Source: Candidatus Bathyarchaeota archaeon (GTDB taxonomy: Archaea; Thermoproteota; Bathyarchaeia; Bathyarchaeales; Bathycorpusculaceae). From it: DNA of 64,000 nt. The notes under the pieces are model-generated. The model was not told where the DNA came from. It saw only the letters and a list, made by a program, of their open reading frames with translations, and searched no databases. Positions 20,269 through 31,445 of the stretch are shown in pieces. Numbering within the stretch: position 1 is the stretch's first letter; the number at the start of each line of letters is the position of its first letter. Both the position numbers and the translations under genes were made by a program. The DNA lies in assembly GCA_963768425.1 (NCBI GenBank), contig CAVYHV010000008.1:152932-216931 (forward strand), read 5' to 3'.

Positions 20269-23200
20269 TTATCTCGCTGCCTCCGATGGAGGGAACTTCG
20301 CAGTTACTACGTTTGAGACTCCGTTGCGTTCGTAGACGCCGTAGACTTTCTGTGCTTTATTCACCATTTCTGGCCTGAGGGTGATTACTATGAACTGCAT
20401 TTTTGCCGCCTCATCAAGCAACAAATCTGCGAGCAAACCTGTGTGGTAAGCATCCAAGTGTGCGTCAACCTCGTCCAAAATATAGAATGAGGCTGGCGTG
20501 AAATCTTTAAGCGAAAAAATGAAGGCAACTGCTGCGATTGAGCGTTCGCCCCCGCTTGCACCACTGACGACGATCGAAGGCTTATTCGGAAACTGAACAA
20601 GCATGTCTATGCCCCCTGAAAAGGGTTCTTCGGGGTTTTCAAGCTTAATCGTAGCTTCTCCGCCGCCAGTAAGCTTGGCAAAGTAGCCTTTGAGGCTGTT
20701 ATTGATTTTGTCGAAGGCATCCATGAAAACCTTGCGTTTTTTAGCTTCAATCTCATCCATAAACTGCACGATTGCTTGTTTTTCTCTTTCCAACTCGTTA
20801 AGTCGAACAGAAAGCTCCCGATAACGGGAAAGCTGGTCGGCATAATGGGAAAGCGCGAGCTGGTTGATGGCACCGATTCTTTCCATTTCAAACTGCATCA
20901 TTCGAATAGTAATTTCCGCTTCCTCAACCTGCTTTTGATTAGTGTCTAGCGGCTGCTCATATCCGTAAAGGCGTAGTTGACTTTGAAGCTGTTGCAGACG
21001 AAGTTGACTAGTTTCAGTGCTGAGCTGCAGCTGATTCAGCAGTCGGTCAGCCACCTCATACTCGGTGTCGAGCAACCGAAGTTCAGCGTCGATAGCGTCT
21101 ATCTGTGCCGTGAACTTTTTGGATTCTTCCCTTGCAGAAAACACTGCTTTTGAGAGTTCAACGCGGCTTTTTTCTTGCTCGTCAAGTGTCTTCTTTACAG
21201 TGTCACGTTCCTGCAGGGCTTCTAAAACTTCTTTTTCTAGTTTTCTCTGTTGCTGCTCAACCCTGACTATCTGAATCTTGATGTTCTTGTAGCCGTTGCG
21301 CAGAACCCTATCGAACTGTGACTGAAAAGTTGAAATCTCTGTTTGCGTTGACCCAGAGTTCTGTTTGAGTTTGTTGATTTCTTCCCCAAGTTTTTCACGT
21401 TCAACCTCAAGCGCTTGAATATTCTTAACGTCGGTTTTCAGTCTTAAGTTGGCGATGTCCGCTCGTAACTTTTGGTCTTCGTGCTAGGATGGTGTTGCGC
21501 TCGTTTCTGTAAACTTCCATCCGTCCTTTGTAGGATGCAGCTTCACGTTCAAGCTTGCTGCCGTACTTTTCCGTGTACCGAATATTAAACTGGGTTCGCT
21601 TAACGCCCCGTTTGATCCTTACTATTTCTCGATCCAGAGTCGCTATGCCTTCGGCTAGTCGGGTCATCTCGATTTTTGACCGTTCAACTTCTTCCTCTAA
21701 ACCAGTAATGTCCGTTCCCCTTTGGGTCAGGTGTGTCTGTAGGGCGTTGACGGCTTCATCGAGGCTTTTGAGGGCGTTTTCGCTCGGGATAATCGTCGAG
21801 AAATCGATGGGTGCACGGTAGTACCCGCTTTCGAAGGCGCCGGACTCGTATAGGTCGCCGTTGACGGTTACGGCTCGATAGCCTTGGTTTGATAGCGCAA
21901 AAGCTACTTTATCGTTTGATACCACCATTGTATCTCCGAAAACGTAGTTCACCGCCAACTCATAGTTGCTATCGTACTTCATGAAGCTGGAAAGAGCTCC
22001 AACCACGCCTTCACGATTAGGAACGGGTTTATTTTTGGCGATTATGGAGCCTTGCAAGGGGATAATTTTGATTCTCCCCAGTTTCATGCGTCGTAACGTT
22101 TCGGCGCAGGTGAAGGCTGAGTCAAGGTTTGCCACAACCAGAGCTTCAAGCCAGCCAGTCGCTGCTGCCTCAATGGCTTTCTTGTAATTCCGATCAATCT
22201 TGATTAGGTTGCGCAGCCTGCCGTGGATTCCGTTGATTGCCCCAACATTTCCCATCTCCTCGATGCTTCTGAGTGCTTTTTCTTCAGCAGCAATGGTGGC
22301 TGCAAGGTTCCTTTGCGTAGCAAACTCGATCACGGCTGCTTTAGCTGAAGTTGCAATTTTTTCGGCTTCCACGATTTCTTTTTCAACAGTTTCTTTCTGC
22401 GTTTTTTTGCGTTCGATTGTTGTTTCAAGGTTTTTAAGCTGGTTTTTCTGATCTTTTTGCACTTGCTCAAGCTCAACGAGTGACTTTTCGATTTCCGCGA
22501 GGTTCGTTTGGAATCTTTCTTTGCGCACGGCTAAGTTTTTGATCCTTCCAGTACACAAACGTAGCGCTGCTTTTTCCTGGTTGTAAACCGAATGTAAATA
22601 TGCGATGCGTTTAACGTGATTGTCGATTAAAGCCTGTTTCGCAACTATTTCTTCATTGTTGCTGTCCAGTCCACCCCAAAGTTCAGTAGTTTGCTTCGCC
22701 AACGTGTCATGCTCTGTCTGTCTTTGAGCAAGGGTTTCTTGGATTTTGCCGAGTTCACTTCGGAATCCTCTGATTTTGAGGCGGTTTTCACGAATCTCAT
22801 TTCGAATGTTCTCCTGTTGAGTTACATTGTTTTCACGTACCCGCTTAAGGCTCTCCATAGTACTTTGCCCAGAATTGATTTTTGTGTTCAACTCTGTCAT
22901 TTTGGATTTTAGTTCGCCGATGGTGATTTGAACCTTAAGGACCTGAGAGCCGCCTTCTTCGAGGTTTTCGCCGCTTAGCTTACGCCATTCTCCTTCAACG
23001 TCATGGCGCTTGCCCCTGCGAAGATCCCGTTGCTCTTTGAGTTTATCAACTCTGCTCTGGACCTTTTCAGTTTGGTTTTTTGTCTCATTTAGTTTGGCGT
23101 TTATTTGGGCGACGTCACTTGAGATTTTGATTGCTTGAAACTTTTTGGTTTCCGTTTGAATGAAATTGTAGCGCAAGAGTTGGTTGCGTTCCCGCTCCAA

Positions 23201-23824
23201 ATCATCAAGACGCTTCTGTACTTCGTCTATTCTTCCCATAGCAGTACGGATTGAAATATCGGCAGCACGGAGCTTTTCTTCCGCTTCAACCTTCTCCGAA
23301 TCGTATTGACCTATGCCGACCAGATCTTCGATAATTTTTCGCCGCTCTAAAGAGTTGATTTCTGTGAGCCTTGTAAGAGTACCTTGCGGGATGATGTTTT
23401 GGCTCATACTGCTAATCGAGCTCATGGACAGGGTTTCAGTGATGTAAGCCCTTGACATTCTCCTGCCGTTTAATCGGTAAACGCTTTGTCCGTTCCTGAA
23501 AACCTCACGGGAAATAGTCACCGTTGTAGTGTCAACTGGCATTGTGCCATCTGTATTGTCAAATTGGATGACGACCTTAGCCATCTTTGCTTTCTCCTGT
23601 CCAGCCTTATCTGAACCGTGAAAAATCAGGCTGGCGGCGTTTTCGGCACGCAGTCTTCTTGTGCTTAGTTCACCAAGCGAAAAAAGCACGGAGTCAATGA
23701 TGTTTGATTTTCCGCTTCCGTTAGGACCTGTGAATGCCGTGAATCCTTTGTCTAAGGATATTTTGATTGTCTGCGGCCCAAAAGATTTGAAACCTTTCAA
23801 CTCGATTTTTTTTATGTAGGGCAT
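20269..23824 (-). CDS. smc: Chromosome segregation protein SMC (frameshift near 21481)
   Basis: GFKSF, GPNGSGKSN, hinge GIHGRL, SGGERS, LDEVDAHLD; the intervening frame 21145-21480 is open coiled-coil. Confidence 0.95.
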
Positions 23825-24166
23825 TTAGCCTATATCCTCACGGCAAACAGTCTAGCTCATTTTAACATCTCATCAACATACGTATAAAAGCTTATAGCAC
23901 CTACACGCTGTCTTAGCACTCTTTACTGGAACTCTTGAATCTCAAAATTTAAGAAAATTTGGATTTGTTTGACTAAAATTTCCCCTTGAACATTCCCTCG
24001 ATTTACAAGTATTTACTAGACCAATATCGCCTGTTAAGGGTATCATACTTAGAGCTGAAAAGAATCGTTGTTTTTCAAAATTGTAAATCAAAAAATGTCG
24101 GAGAAGCACAACCAATTAATGCTTAGAGAGGCAATTTAGAGTGTAATTGGGACAGAGGGATTAGTA

Positions 24167-25609
24167 ATGAAGGTAACTGTTGCAGCTTTAGATAAACAGG
24201 GCAACAGCGTAGCTGAAAAAATGCTTAAAGTGTTGAAAGAGTTTAGCGTTGAACAGCCTTTTCATTTTGGGTTTGTTTCACCGCAGAAGAGTGTTCTTGA
24301 CAAGAAACTTGACCTTCTAATTAGGCAAAGTCCTCAATCTTCAGCCGCAGTTGGGATTGCCTCCTCAAAACCAGCCTCAAAAGGCTACGAGTTCTTGCAG
24401 TTGGAAGATGCGGCACTTGTTTTGCAAGGAAAAGTGTACTCTCCTCCTTCGAAAGCCGACGCTTTGCAGCAGCTTTCTAAAGAACCCAAGCATTGCGAAG
24501 TCATCCTGCAAAAGCTCATCGAAAAAGCCGACGGGGACTACATGTTTCTTATGGTTAGGAATGGCTGGATGGCTGCCGGAAGAGACCCGGTTGGCGTTCA
24601 ACCGCTATATTTCGGCGAAAACCGAGACTATGCTGCTGTTGCCACGAACCGAAAGGCGCTGTGGAAACTGGGGATAGAAAACATTGCTTCTTTTCCGCCG
24701 GGAAACCTTGCTTTCATAAACAGGGATGGCTTCCAGTTCAAACCAGTTAAAACCTTGAACTTTTCAGTGCCCAAGCAGATAACATTGGATGATGCAGCAC
24801 ACAAGCTTCAAGTGCTCGTTGAGGAATCGCTTAGGCGCCGCACGCATGATGTAAAAGAAGTTTCGGTGGCGTTTTCAGGCGGATTAGACAGCAGTCTTGT
24901 GGCTTATTTGGCCAACAAACTCGGGTTAAAAGTTAACCTGCTACATGTAAGCATGGAAAATGAGGCAGAAACCGAGGAAGCCATCTCGGCATCTAAACAA
25001 TTGAATCTGCCTCTTCAGGTAAACTTGTATAAAGATTCTGACGTTGAAAAAACCTTACCCAAAGTTGTGGACCTAATTGAGGAAGCTGATCCGATTAAAG
25101 CCAGCATCGGTTTGCCATTTTACTGGACCGCAGAGCAGGCAGCTGACGCAGGGTTCCACGTGGTTTTGGCTGGGCAGGGAGCGGATGAAATGTTCGGAGG
25201 CTATCAACGCTACGTCAATGAATACTGCAAAGAAGGCGACGAAAAAGTCTTAAAAACCATGTTCTATGACGTGGTTAACATTTATTTGAGCAACCTTGAA
25301 CGGGACTTAAAGATCACAAGCTACCACGACGTTGAGTTACGCATGCCGTTCGCTTCATTTGACGTTGCCGAGTTTGCGGTTGGCTTACCGATTGAATGCA
25401 AAATTGAACCAAGGCTAGACACCCTTAGAAAATTGGTGTTGCGCAAGGTCGCTTTGAACGTTGGCTTGCCCGCCTCAATCGTTGATAAACCCAAGAAAGC
25501 CGTTCAATACTCAACAGGCATAAATGATGCTGTGAAAAGAGTAGCGAAAAAGCATAGCAAGACAGTCAACGAATACATCGCAGAGCTCTACCAAAACTCA
25601 AGACAATAA
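24167..25609 (+). CDS. Asparagine synthetase B-related protein lacking the N-terminal nucleophile Cys
   Basis: RDPVGVQPLY, AFSGGLDSS, GQGADEMFGGY, KKAVQYSTG; starts MKVT rather than MC. Confidence 0.82.
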   Translation: MKVTVAALDKQGNSVAEKMLKVLKEFSVEQPFHFGFVSPQKSVLDKKLDLLIRQSPQSSAAVGIASSKPASKGYEFLQLEDAALVLQGKVYSPPSKADALQQLSKEPKHCEVILQKLIEKADGDYMFLMVRNGWMAAGRDPVGVQPLYFGENRDYAAVATNRKALWKLGIENIASFPPGNLAFINRDGFQFKPVKTLNFSVPKQITLDDAAHKLQVLVEESLRRRTHDVKEVSVAFSGGLDSSLVAYLANKLGLKVNLLHVSMENEAETEEAISASKQLNLPLQVNLYKDSDVEKTLPKVVDLIEEADPIKASIGLPFYWTAEQAADAGFHVVLAGQGADEMFGGYQRYVNEYCKEGDEKVLKTMFYDVVNIYLSNLERDLKITSYHDVELRMPFASFDVAEFAVGLPIECKIEPRLDTLRKLVLRKVALNVGLPASIVDKPKKAVQYSTGINDAVKRVAKKHSKTVNEYIAELYQNSRQ

Positions 25610-25704
25610 AACCGAACCCCTAAACCAAAGACCCCTCAAAACAATCTCTTACTAATAAGGTGTCTATTAGTTTGTAGTAAAAACAAAAACAGAAATGGTT
25701 TGTC

Positions 25705-27493
25705 TTACATTACGCCTGCCCAGAAAGGAATCTTTTTGCGCATGAAATTAATGTATTCTTTGAGCACATCTTGCTCTTCAGCCGTCAAGTCATCCGCATG
25801 AGTCGTCAACAATAGCCTGTGCATCCTTTTCAGGAACCTTCACATACAAGATGTCCTTCTCGAAAATGTGCCTGCCGGCGATCGGTTTATCCATTGAAAT
25901 CGCAACTTGCATGCCTACCTTCGCTTCGGGTATTGCTTTGCCTTGGTCTTGAATCTGGTCAACCTCGCCAAGGTCGCTGCCATCCTCCTTGCGCATAAGT
26001 CCGTATTTTGGTTTTAATCGACCGGCCAGCACCTCTACACCGACAACTAAAGGCTTGGCTCTGTGGAAGATGCAATTAGGCAAAACCGTAACTTTACCTG
26101 GCTTAACTAGCGCTTCAAACTCGGCTTCACTCTTTGTTTCACGTTTATTCTTAGCCCACTGCAAATATGCATCTATCAGGTTGTAGATTATAGGTTGGTT
26201 AAAAATTGGGATTCCGTTGGCTGCGGCTTCCACTTCAGCGTCAGGCAAAGTTTTAACGCCGAATGCCAGTATTGCGCCGACTAATGGTTGACGGGTCTTC
26301 ACGACAGACGCCTCAATCACGTCCCGTTTACTTATGTCGCCTACGTCGGCGATTCGCACCTGCACGTTATTTGCCTTCAAAATCTCAGCCATAGCCTCAA
26401 GCGAACCCAGCGTGTCAGCTTTTACAATTACACCGTCTATTTCTTTAGCAATTCTGATTCTGCCGATCTCTTCAGTTATAAGATTACAGTACTTAGTTGG
26501 GTCTTCTCCTGTCGGCACAGCAAACAAGGGGGCACCAGCCAAGGCACGCTCTAGTCCAGGTGCAACAATTTTGATGCCTGCGCTGGCAAAAACGCATTCA
26601 ACCGAAGTAAATTTATCTCGTGGATCCCTCATTTCATCTAGAGGTTTAGGTACCAGAATCGTTCGCACACGCGACGAAATTGGTCCGTCTCGTCCGCCTA
26701 CAACCACCAAATCATCCCTGTGAAGGGTGCCATCGTAAATAATCGCGTTCAAAGTTAAGCCTAACCCGGGCTCCTCTTTAACTTCCAAAATGGAGCCTTT
26801 AGCTGCGCCGTCGGTTGTCTGCAGTCGCTTCTTAAGAAACTGTTGACTTAACCCGACCAAAACCATAACCAGCTCGGATAGGCCTTCGCCTGTTTTGGCG
26901 CTGGTCGGTACCAAAGCCACGTTGATGGTGAAGTCGCGGATGTGGTCGAAGCGGTCAGTTTTGAAGCCTTGGCGGCTGAACTCACCCATAATGGTATATA
27001 AGCGGTTATCTAGTGCCTCACGGACAAAGCTTGATTGTGCCATGTAAGACTTCATAAAAGGGGCTCCCGGTTGAGCAGTCCAGCCTGGAATGCGGTCAAT
27101 CTTGTTGACTGCAACGAGAAACGGGGTTTTACGTGCCTTCAAAATTTCGATGCATTCGTAGGTTTGTGCCTCAAAACCCCTCAGTGTATCAACGACCAAT
27201 ATGGCTATGTCAGCGACGCTTCCGCCTCTTCGACGTAGATTCGTGAAAGCTTCATGCCCAGGCGTATCCACAATCAGCAACCCGGGAATCTCGATGCCAC
27301 TTTTGAAGTTGGACAGCAAAGGTCCGATAAGCTGCTTGAGTGTCTCAACAGGGAAAAAGCTGGCGCCAATGTGCTGTGTCATTCCTCCGGCTTCGCGGGC
27401 TTGCACGCTGGTTTTTCGCAGTTCATCAAGAAGTGAGGTTTTGCCGGCGTCCACATGTCCTAAGACGCATACGATGGGTTGGCGTGTAGGCAT
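25705..27493 (-). CDS. infB: Translation initiation factor IF-2/aIF5B (frameshift near 25820)
   Basis: RQPIVCVLGHVDAGKT, DTPGHEAF, NKID, ADTLGSLEA; true C-terminus ...RKKIPFWAGVM* in the next frame. Confidence 0.96.
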
Positions 27494-27659
27494 ATTTTTT
27501 CGCTTCCATTACAAATTATTCATGTCTCTTAATGCAATTGGGTTTATAAATGGTGGTGGAGCCCTTTCAAACCATTGAACATTCGTATGGCGAAAGCCGA
27601 AGGCAAAGATTTAAACCTAAAACCTCTTGTTCCTATTGAAAAAAGAAATGATAAGTGAT

Positions 27660-27869
27660 CTATTCTGTGGGTCTGACAAGCAGCATAAAGAGTCCGATGA
27701 CAATCAGGATTACGCTTAAAACCCCGAAGAACCCGCTAAACGCGCCCAACTCGCTAGCGCTGGTGCTTGTAGCTGTCAAGTAAAGAAGTACTCCGCCGAT
27801 TACTATTATTATTAAGCCGAAGAATTTTTCGGCAAGCGATACCCAGAATGTGTCGCCTTGTTCACTCAT
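27660..27869 (-). CDS. Small 2-TM membrane protein
   Basis: Two hydrophobic helices; GGAGAGG upstream. Confidence 0.7.
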   Translation of the reverse strand: MSEQGDTFWVSLAEKFFGLIIIVIGGVLLYLTATSTSASELGAFSGFFGVLSVILIVIGLFMLLVRPTE

Positions 27870-28096
27870 ATTTGTTTGCGCCCTGCCTCTCCGTGTTAAT
27901 GGCTACATTAAACAAGAGGGGTATTTTAAATTATTTGTTATTGCTTACCTTAAAGTTTCTCCGTGTGAGGTGCTTAATTAACCACAAACCGGCTCAAACC
28001 GGATTTTCCAAATCTTTCGCCAATGTTTTTTCTTGACGTGGTTTAGTTACATATGGATAAATTGTCCTTTTGATTTTGTTTGGGGTGGTGTTTTTG

Positions 28097-28521
28097 ATGG
28101 AAAAAAAGAAATGTTAGCTGAAATTAAAGAGAAAACTAACGCTGTAGTTATAAAGGAATCAGAGAAGACGGCGCGATGATAGAGTACAATGCGAGCGGGG
28201 AAGCTAGAGTCGACAAATACCGCGCATAGCCACATGGAAACCATCGATGTCAAGATCAAGATGAATGGAACAAACGAGTGGGAAAGCAGCTCGATGGAGA
28301 TGACTAATGAAGGCGACGTTGTAATGATTTCTGGCAACGGCACTGGACAGGCAAACCACTTCAGCGGTGAAGTTACTTACATGACGAATTCTCCAAGGCT
28401 CAATTGGCTCAACAACACTAAAGCGCATATCGAAGGCAAAACGGACATGAAAATCAACGAAGCAACCATAAAGGTGTGGGCGGTAAAGAAGGAAGAAACA
28501 ACCGCCGCCGCCATGATGTAG
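28097..28521 (+). CDS. Hypothetical beta-rich protein (N-terminus apparently frameshifted)
   Basis: ORF 28189-28521 (YMTNSPRLNWLN); upstream frames from ATG 28097 read like a continuous protein. Confidence 0.55.
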
Positions 28522-28525
28522 ACGC

Positions 28526-29608
28526 TTAGTTCTTCAGTTTTGTAGGCAGATACTCATCAACAATGTAGGTTAAACCGTAACGGCTGAAAGCTTCCTGTTC
28601 AGCCTTTCTTTTTATTTTCAGGAACAGCTTTATTTCTTTTTGCCAGATAGGGTCATTTTGGTACCTCGGGTCTTTCTGCAGCTCGTAGAGCCGTTTTATG
28701 TCCACTTCATCGAGAGGATCAGTCGGCAACTTATACTCGATTATGTCGCTTGCCCAAACCCCGCTCCACACTGCATCTGGAGTGTTAAGATCTCTCAAGT
28801 GCGCTGCGTTGGCTGAGCCTGAAATGATGACTTGGGCAATGTGCATTCCCCATGGATCGCCGTCAGTTAAGATGTATACCGGCAGGTTGAGTTCGTCGTG
28901 CAATCGTCGGATGAAGCTGCGAGTTTGTCTTGGTGCCTGTCCACCGCATGAAATCAGCAGCGCCTTGTGCTTGTTATGTACATTTTCTTCGATAAACCTA
29001 GTGAATAGGGCGCCCTTCTCGATGGCTATGACTTTATCAGCTTTCGTCTCCAACAACTCCGATGAAGTTAAGGCTGGTCCAATCAGGACGCCGTCGGGGT
29101 GGCTGGTTAAGTTGAGAGTTTTGCCTTCGTAGCCTGGGACGGTGTAGCCGATGTTTAAGTCACCGAAGATAGCGCTGCGTTCTTCTGGAAAAATATGGAA
29201 GTCTTCCCTCGCGAACCCGGTCAACGTTTCCAGGTCGGTGATGATGTTGTTGGATTCCTGCTGGTCCGTAAAGGTCATCTCATAAGCCTGTGCAGAGTAG
29301 TAAACATCTCTTAGCGTGCTGGTTTTTCGTTGGGTTGTAAGTTCGTTGCTGAACATAGCAGCCCAAGCGAGTTGCGTGAAGGGTTTAATGTGTCGTATGT
29401 TTCGGGCGCTTCGGCTGACTGCTTTTTCGCCTAAAATATACTGTCGAACAACCGAGTCATACGTTATGTTATCGGTGGAGCGACTTGGCATGTTGATTGT
29501 TGGGAAAACGCCTTGGTCCAATTGATTATAAATTTGGGTGCCAAACGTTTGAAGCCCATTGATAACTTCGTTTCTTCTTTCAATAATTTTAGCTTTCTTC
29601 TGCGCCAT
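28526..29608 (-). CDS. top6A: DNA topoisomerase VI subunit A
   Basis: TLRDVYY (catalytic Tyr), IEK, TDGDPWG, KAEQEA. Confidence 0.96.
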   Translation of the reverse strand: MAQKKAKIIERRNEVINGLQTFGTQIYNQLDQGVFPTINMPSRSTDNITYDSVVRQYILGEKAVSRSARNIRHIKPFTQLAWAAMFSNELTTQRKTSTLRDVYYSAQAYEMTFTDQQESNNIITDLETLTGFAREDFHIFPEERSAIFGDLNIGYTVPGYEGKTLNLTSHPDGVLIGPALTSSELLETKADKVIAIEKGALFTRFIEENVHNKHKALLISCGGQAPRQTRSFIRRLHDELNLPVYILTDGDPWGMHIAQVIISGSANAAHLRDLNTPDAVWSGVWASDIIEYKLPTDPLDEVDIKRLYELQKDPRYQNDPIWQKEIKLFLKIKRKAEQEAFSRYGLTYIVDEYLPTKLKN

Positions 29609-31214
29609 ACTTCTGTACACTCTTTAGTAGTTTATCTATGTCTGGAACCCGCTCCTGCCCAGCTAAAGTGGTTGCGAACTGAGCGATTTTAGGCAGGTAT
29701 TTGCCGAAGATTCCTAGACGCTTCTTCTCCATATGCACATGCTCTTGACGTGACAAGAAATGCTGCAGTTGACGGGCAACTTCTCGGATTGCGTTTGCTT
29801 CTTCACGTCGGACTTCGGGGCGGTCAGCGATGAATTCTTTTCCAACCGTCTTATAAGGTACTTTTGTGCTGCAAATATGAATAACGATGGCTATTGGCAT
29901 GTCTGGAGCGACTTTGTAGCGGCGCCAGTTCATCGCCGATATGACTCGGTAAGAGACATCGCTTGCTTCGTCGTAAAGCAGCGGGATTTTGTTTGCGAAA
30001 CGATAAATTACGAAGCTGCCGCGTTTTGGTACTCCGCCGCCGTAAGCAATTGCCATTTCAACAATAAATGGGTGACCTGCATAAGTTGATGGTTTGCGTT
30101 GGTGAACGACAAGGTACTCGGGGTACAGCTCTTTTTGTACGCCGGCTTTAAGCAATTCCTCTCCTAAGGGTGAAAGGCAACTGGCGTCTGGTGGCAGGAA
30201 ATCCTTGTATTTCTTGAGGTTCTGCATTAAACGGACAATTTCCTCATGTGATAGCCGTTTTGGGTTCTTAGTGCTTGATTGTGCTTCCTTGCCGCAGGTT
30301 GGGCAGAGGGGTTTGTTATCAACTAATTTTATCTGATCCAGTGGAATTTTACCATGCTCACGGCAAGTGAAGGTAATTAAATCGCTGAAAATCAAGAATT
30401 TGAGTGCCGTAACAGCGCCGACACGATGGAAGTGGCCTGTCAAGAAATCGGTCATGTTATTGTAAGTAGTCATCTGAATGAGGCGCTGCAGTAACTCTAC
30501 GTCTACGCCGTATGGGTGTGGCAACGTTTCTTTTGGCGGTTCAGGCATCTCACTCGTTGCGCGCACAAACTTGTAGAGTCTGCCTTTTGGGTCAACGAAA
30601 GTCAGATTGGCGTACGGGTTCACCATGGCTGTCTGTTTGAAGTAATCGAGGATTTTTGGCATCGCTCTGAGGTAGTCGCCTTCAAGGGTGAATTCAACAA
30701 TCGTTCCGCGCCAGTTGTCCTTGTTGATTAGGACTTTGCGATCTAGAATAATGGGGCGGTTCCTTTGAATATCCATCATTAACTTGAAACTGTAGATTTT
30801 GGCTTGACCAGTGCTTGACGTAACGAAAGCTGGCTGGTGAGTGGTGATTTGTCCGTATAGAACAGCCATTTTGCCGCCTAGACCGAATGTTCCACGCATT
30901 TGTTTTAGCTTGTATTTGCTTCCGAAGAGAACCTGCCCGAAAGCGGACGGGATAAACCGCGGTTGAATTCCACTGCCGTTGTCTTCTACACGGAGCTTGT
31001 AAATTTGAGTGTCTTTGGAAGCTTCCCCTTCAAAAGACAAGCGCACGTAAATGTTGGGCGGGATTTTTTGGCTTTCAGCCGCGTCCAATGAGTTTTCGAC
31101 TAACTCGCGGATTGCGGCGAATATGGCTCGGGAAGGATTTGTGAAGCCAGCGATGTCTCTGTTCCTGTAAAAAAAGTCACTAGCGGAAATCTCTTCGAAG
31201 GTTGCTTGAGCCAC
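29589..31214 (-). CDS. top6B: DNA topoisomerase VI subunit B with Zn-ribbon-like insertion
   Basis: ELVENSLDA, EDNGSG, RGTFGLG, PHPYG, RFANKIPLL, KVPYKT. Confidence 0.96.
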   Translation of the reverse strand: MAQATFEEISASDFFYRNRDIAGFTNPSRAIFAAIRELVENSLDAAESQKIPPNIYVRLSFEGEASKDTQIYKLRVEDNGSGIQPRFIPSAFGQVLFGSKYKLKQMRGTFGLGGKMAVLYGQITTHQPAFVTSSTGQAKIYSFKLMMDIQRNRPIILDRKVLINKDNWRGTIVEFTLEGDYLRAMPKILDYFKQTAMVNPYANLTFVDPKGRLYKFVRATSEMPEPPKETLPHPYGVDVELLQRLIQMTTYNNMTDFLTGHFHRVGAVTALKFLIFSDLITFTCREHGKIPLDQIKLVDNKPLCPTCGKEAQSSTKNPKRLSHEEIVRLMQNLKKYKDFLPPDASCLSPLGEELLKAGVQKELYPEYLVVHQRKPSTYAGHPFIVEMAIAYGGGVPKRGSFVIYRFANKIPLLYDEASDVSYRVISAMNWRRYKVAPDMPIAIVIHICSTKVPYKTVGKEFIADRPEVRREEANAIREVARQLQHFLSRQEHVHMEKKRLGIFGKYLPKIAQFATTLAGQERVPDIDKLLKSVQKYGAEES

Positions 31215-31445
31215 TTGCTACCTACACCACTTTTTCCCTTTTTCTCCCGTTCGAGTGCTTAGTATATTTGCTGCTTGTTTTTTAAGTTAACTGCACCCTA
31301 AGAAGAAAACCCTGGAATTTGAGCAGAAGTCAACTGCTAAGAAATGGTTATTTTTGCCTTGAAAGTGTATATTAAGTTCTAACAGATGCATTAACAGTAT
31401 CGAGAAAGGTATTGCTTCGATAATTAAGGAGAAGAAGTGTTTTTG

